Source: an uncultured candidate division Zixibacteria bacterium (lineage in GTDB: Bacteria > Zixibacteria > MSB-5A5 > RBG-16-43-9). Taken from it: a stretch of 64,000 bases of DNA. The stretch is taken from the NCBI GenBank assembly GCA_963713865.1, contig OY970208.1:1176520-1240519 (forward strand), read 5' to 3'. This document shows positions 60,995-64,000 of the stretch, piece after piece. A model generated the notes under the pieces. That model was not told the DNA's origin. It worked only from the letters and a program-made list of their open reading frames with translations, and did no database searches. The stretch's first letter is position 1. The number at the start of each line of letters is the position of its first letter. The translations under genes and the position numbers were made by a program.

Positions 60995-62821
60995 ATGTGC
61001 GGGATCATTGGATATGTAGGTGATAAAAAAGCTGTGCCAATCCTCTTGGAGGGGTTAAGAAGATTGGAATATCGGGGGTATGATTCAGCCGGGATTGCTA
61101 TCTTAGAAGAGGAAGGGATAATCTTAGAGAAGTGTGCTGGGAAAGTCTCTGCTTTAGAGAATCTTTTAAAGGGAAAAAGTTTTCACAGTACCACCGGAAT
61201 AGCCCATACCCGCTGGGCAACTCATGGAGAGCCAACAGACCTTAATGCCCATCCACATCTTGATTGCAAAAATAAGATTGCAGTCGTGCATAATGGTATC
61301 ATCGAAAATTACAGGAGCTTAAAAGAGGTTTTATCCTCCAAGGGACATATCTTCACTTCAGACACAGATACTGAGGTCCTGGCTCATCTGATAGAGGAAT
61401 ATTATGAAGGAGATTTAGTAGAGGCAGTAAGGACTGCCTTGACCCAGGTGGAAGGGACCTATGGCATAGCAGTTATCTGCAAGGATAATCCAGAAGAGAT
61501 AGTAGCAGCCAGGCATGGTAGCCCCCTGGTAATTGGTAGAGGAGAAGGGGAGAATTTAGTCGCCTCAGACTGCTCTGCGATCATCCGGCATACTAACCAG
61601 GTGGTCTATTTAGAGGACAGGGAGATCGTTTATGTGACCAAAGATGGGTTTTCTATCTCTACTATAGACAAAGTTGAAGTAACTCCTCATCTGCAGGAGA
61701 TCTCCTGGAACTTAGATCAGATCGAAAAGGGTGGTTTCTCACATTTTATGCTAAAAGAGATCCACGAACAGCCTCTTACCCTGGTTAATGCTATGCGCGG
61801 AAGGTTGAACTACGAAGAAGGGATCTCCCGTTTGAATGGGTTAAACCTTCAATATGAAGAGCTTCACCATATAAATCGGGTTATCCTGACTGCCTGCGGA
61901 ACCTCCTGGCATGCAGCTTTAATCGGCGAATATCTGATTGAGGATTTAGCCTCTATACCGGTGGAGGTGGAATATGCCTCGGAGTTCAGGTATAGAAGCC
62001 CGATAATTCAGGATGGATCAATCGTCTTTGTGATAAGCCAGTCAGGAGAAACTGCTGATACCTTAGCTGCAATGAAAGAAGCTAAGAAAAAAGGGGCAAC
62101 GGTTTTAGGGATATGCAATGTAGTGGGCTCGACCATAGCGCGTGAAACTGATGGAGGAGTCTATATCCATGCTGGACCGGAGATAGGGGTTGCCTCCACC
62201 AAGGCTTTTACTTCCCAGATTTTAGTTTTGACCTTGATCTCTTTGCTTTTGGGCAGGATGAGAAACCTATCCTTAGAAAAGGGGAGGGAAGTAATAGAAG
62301 CATTGAGGACAATCCCGGAGCAGGTGGATTCTCTTTTGAAAAACGATTCTTACATAAAGGAGATTGCCAGAGAATATTATAAGAAAAATAATTTTCTGTA
62401 TCTGGGTCGAGGAATCAACTATCCTGTGGCTTTAGAAGGAGCATTGAAGTTAAAAGAGATTTCCTATATCCATGCTGAGGGTTATCCAGCCGCAGAGATG
62501 AAGCATGGGCCAATTGCTTTAATTGATGAGAATATGCCAGCAGTGGTGATAGCCATAAAGGATAATGTTTATGAGAAGGTATTATCTAATATCGAGGAGA
62601 TAAAAGCCCGTAACGGTAGGGTTATAGCTATTGCAACCCAGGGAGATGAGGAGATCAACAAAAGAGTAAACCATGTGCTCTATATACCCCAAACCTTAGA
62701 ACAACTGACTCCTCTTTTAGCCATCATCCCCTTACAGCTTTTAGCTTACCATATGGCGGTCCTGCGTGGGTGTGATATCGACCAGCCGAGGAATCTGGCG
62801 AAAAGCGTTACTGTAGAATAA
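60995..62821 (+). CDS. glmS: Glutamine--fructose-6-phosphate aminotransferase
   Basis: MCGIIGYVG N-terminal nucleophile; two SIS domains; 608 aa. Confidence 0.95.
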   Translation: MCGIIGYVGDKKAVPILLEGLRRLEYRGYDSAGIAILEEEGIILEKCAGKVSALENLLKGKSFHSTTGIAHTRWATHGEPTDLNAHPHLDCKNKIAVVHNGIIENYRSLKEVLSSKGHIFTSDTDTEVLAHLIEEYYEGDLVEAVRTALTQVEGTYGIAVICKDNPEEIVAARHGSPLVIGRGEGENLVASDCSAIIRHTNQVVYLEDREIVYVTKDGFSISTIDKVEVTPHLQEISWNLDQIEKGGFSHFMLKEIHEQPLTLVNAMRGRLNYEEGISRLNGLNLQYEELHHINRVILTACGTSWHAALIGEYLIEDLASIPVEVEYASEFRYRSPIIQDGSIVFVISQSGETADTLAAMKEAKKKGATVLGICNVVGSTIARETDGGVYIHAGPEIGVASTKAFTSQILVLTLISLLLGRMRNLSLEKGREVIEALRTIPEQVDSLLKNDSYIKEIAREYYKKNNFLYLGRGINYPVALEGALKLKEISYIHAEGYPAAEMKHGPIALIDENMPAVVIAIKDNVYEKVLSNIEEIKARNGRVIAIATQGDEEINKRVNHVLYIPQTLEQLTPLLAIIPLQLLAYHMAVLRGCDIDQPRNLAKSVTVE

Positions 62822-62862
62822 GAAAGCTCAAAGGTTCAAAGTTCAATAGTTCAAGGGGAAAG
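62822..62862 (+). repeat. Post-stop motif GAAAGCTCAAAGGTTCAAAGTTCAATAGTTCAAGGGGAAAG
   Basis: See 26471 and 4024. Confidence 0.7.
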
Positions 62863-62949
62863 ACGTAGGGCAAGGCTTCAATCTTGTAAAAAATAACAGA
62901 TGACAGATGGAAGATAACGGATAAAAAAACAAAGGATGGATAACGAAAT

Positions 62950-63303
62950 ATGTCAATTTTCGATGCATTAAAATCAACAGCCAAAGTTCTACAAGAGGCT
63001 GGTAAGATTGAACAATATCAGCAAATATTAGATGCCATGGCTAAGCTTTTGGAAATGCAAAATAGGATAACGGAATTAGAAAGTGAAAATAAAGATCTTG
63101 AAGAGAAGCTTAGAATTAAACAAAATCTGGCATACGAAAACAACGCTTATTGGATTAACAAAGAAGATCAGAAAGATGGACCTTTTTGTCCAAGATGTTG
63201 GGATAAAGATAAAGCTTTAATAAGAGTACCTACTTATCCTACGGACATTTGGAGTATATGCCCTGAATGTAAAAATCCTGTTCAAACAAGACCTGATAGA
63301 TAA
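62950..63303 (+). CDS. Coiled-coil protein with C-terminal zinc ribbon
   Basis: CPRCW...CPECKNP; 117 aa. Confidence 0.4.
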   Translation: MSIFDALKSTAKVLQEAGKIEQYQQILDAMAKLLEMQNRITELESENKDLEEKLRIKQNLAYENNAYWINKEDQKDGPFCPRCWDKDKALIRVPTYPTDIWSICPECKNPVQTRPDR

Positions 63304-63398
63304 TATAGTTTATTTGATTGGTGAAAGAAGTCCTGTTCTTCAGAAAATTCAAATAATCGCGTAGGGGCGGAGCTTGTCTCCACCCTTATATTTTGCTC

Positions 63399-63421
63399 GC
63401 AGACTAAAGTCTGCGGCTACC
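63399..63421. repeat. Hairpin repeat GCAGACT-aaa-GTCTGC-GGCTACC (copy 2 of 3)
   Basis: Same 23-mer at 199-221 and 63641-63663. Confidence 0.8.
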
Positions 63422-63520
63422 GAGCCAGCATCGTCACGGATTATGCACTCCATACCAAACCTCCCCTTTATCCCCTCCTTATAAAGGAGGGGAAACTATT
63501 TCCCCTCTCCTCGTAGAAGA

Positions 63521-63537
63521 GGGTTAGGGTGAGGTCA
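63521..63537 (+). repeat. GGGTTAGGGTGAGGTCA repeat core (copy 6)
   Basis: See 13547. Confidence 0.7.
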
Positions 63538-63640
63538 TCTTACTTCTTCTGTTTTCCGTCTTCCATCATAAATTTATCTTGTTTTTTCTTATTTTCGTAT
63601 TATATTAGTCTGGAATTTTGACGTAGAATAGCTTAGTTAC

Positions 63641-63663
63641 GCAGACTGAAGTCTGCGGCTACC
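63641..63663. repeat. Hairpin repeat GCAGACT-gaa-GTCTGC-GGCTACC (copy 3 of 3)
   Basis: See 63399. Confidence 0.8.
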
Positions 63664-63682
63664 AATAAAGGAGGAAGAGGTT

Positions 63683-63934
63683 TTGAAAGAGAAAATTCAT
63701 CCGAAGTATTATGAGACCACGATTACCTGTGCCTGTGGGAATGTGATTCATACCCGCTCCACAGTTAAGGACATACACGTGGAAATATGCTCAGCCTGTC
63801 ATCCGTTTTTCACCGGGAAGCAGAAGTTATTGGATACTGCCGGCAGGGTGGAGCGGTTCAGGAGGAGATATAAAAAAGAGGAGAAGAAACCCGAATCCGA
63901 GTCTAAGGTAGAGGAAAAAGCTGAAGGGAAGTAG
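63683..63934 (+). CDS. rpmE: 50S ribosomal protein L31 with Lys/Glu-rich C-terminal tail (TTG start)
   Basis: [17 protein letters not shown]...[13 protein letters not shown]. Confidence 0.9.
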   Translation: MKEKIHPKYYETTITCACGNVIHTRSTVKDIHVEICSACHPFFTGKQKLLDTAGRVERFRRRYKKEEKKPESESKVEEKAEGK

Positions 63935-64000
63935 TTTTTCATACAAGGATTTACTGTTTTTCTCCCTTCGGGAGAATGACAGTAGATCCTTTTTATTTGG

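Noticed and set aside
1-64000. CRISPR array
   Set aside because: No regularly spaced direct repeats with unique spacers; the repeats seen are dispersed hairpins and palindromes, not arrays.

Overview
This 64 kb window reads as chromosomal DNA from a low-GC bacterium, with about 57 protein-coding genes (mostly minus strand), one tRNA-Lys(CTT), and unusually repeat-rich intergenic regions. All calls rest on motif recognition from the translated ORFs and on reading the DNA by eye; no database search was run. Most genes are housekeeping: murQ, ppdK, corA, a short pyruvate kinase, glmS, rpmE, a cold-shock protein, a Lon-like protease, a cyclophilin, and a complete Pho locus (phoB-phoR, oprP-like porin, pstSCAB-phoU). 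At least six genes are split by single frameshifts, so either the assembly carries indel errors or these are pseudogenes. The most interesting candidates are: (1) a split B12-dependent methyltransferase cluster (corrinoid protein, homocysteine S-methyltransferase, MetH activation-domain-like protein, MttB-family methyltransferase) at 34161-38060; (2) an orphan phage terminase large subunit with a 438-aa partner at 2697-5628, with no other virion genes nearby; (3) a serine-palmitoyltransferase-like alpha-oxoamine synthase locus at 22851-26471; (4) tandemly duplicated, overlapping small ORFs (one Cys-rich) inside the Pho locus; (5) several families of dispersed hairpin/palindromic repeats.
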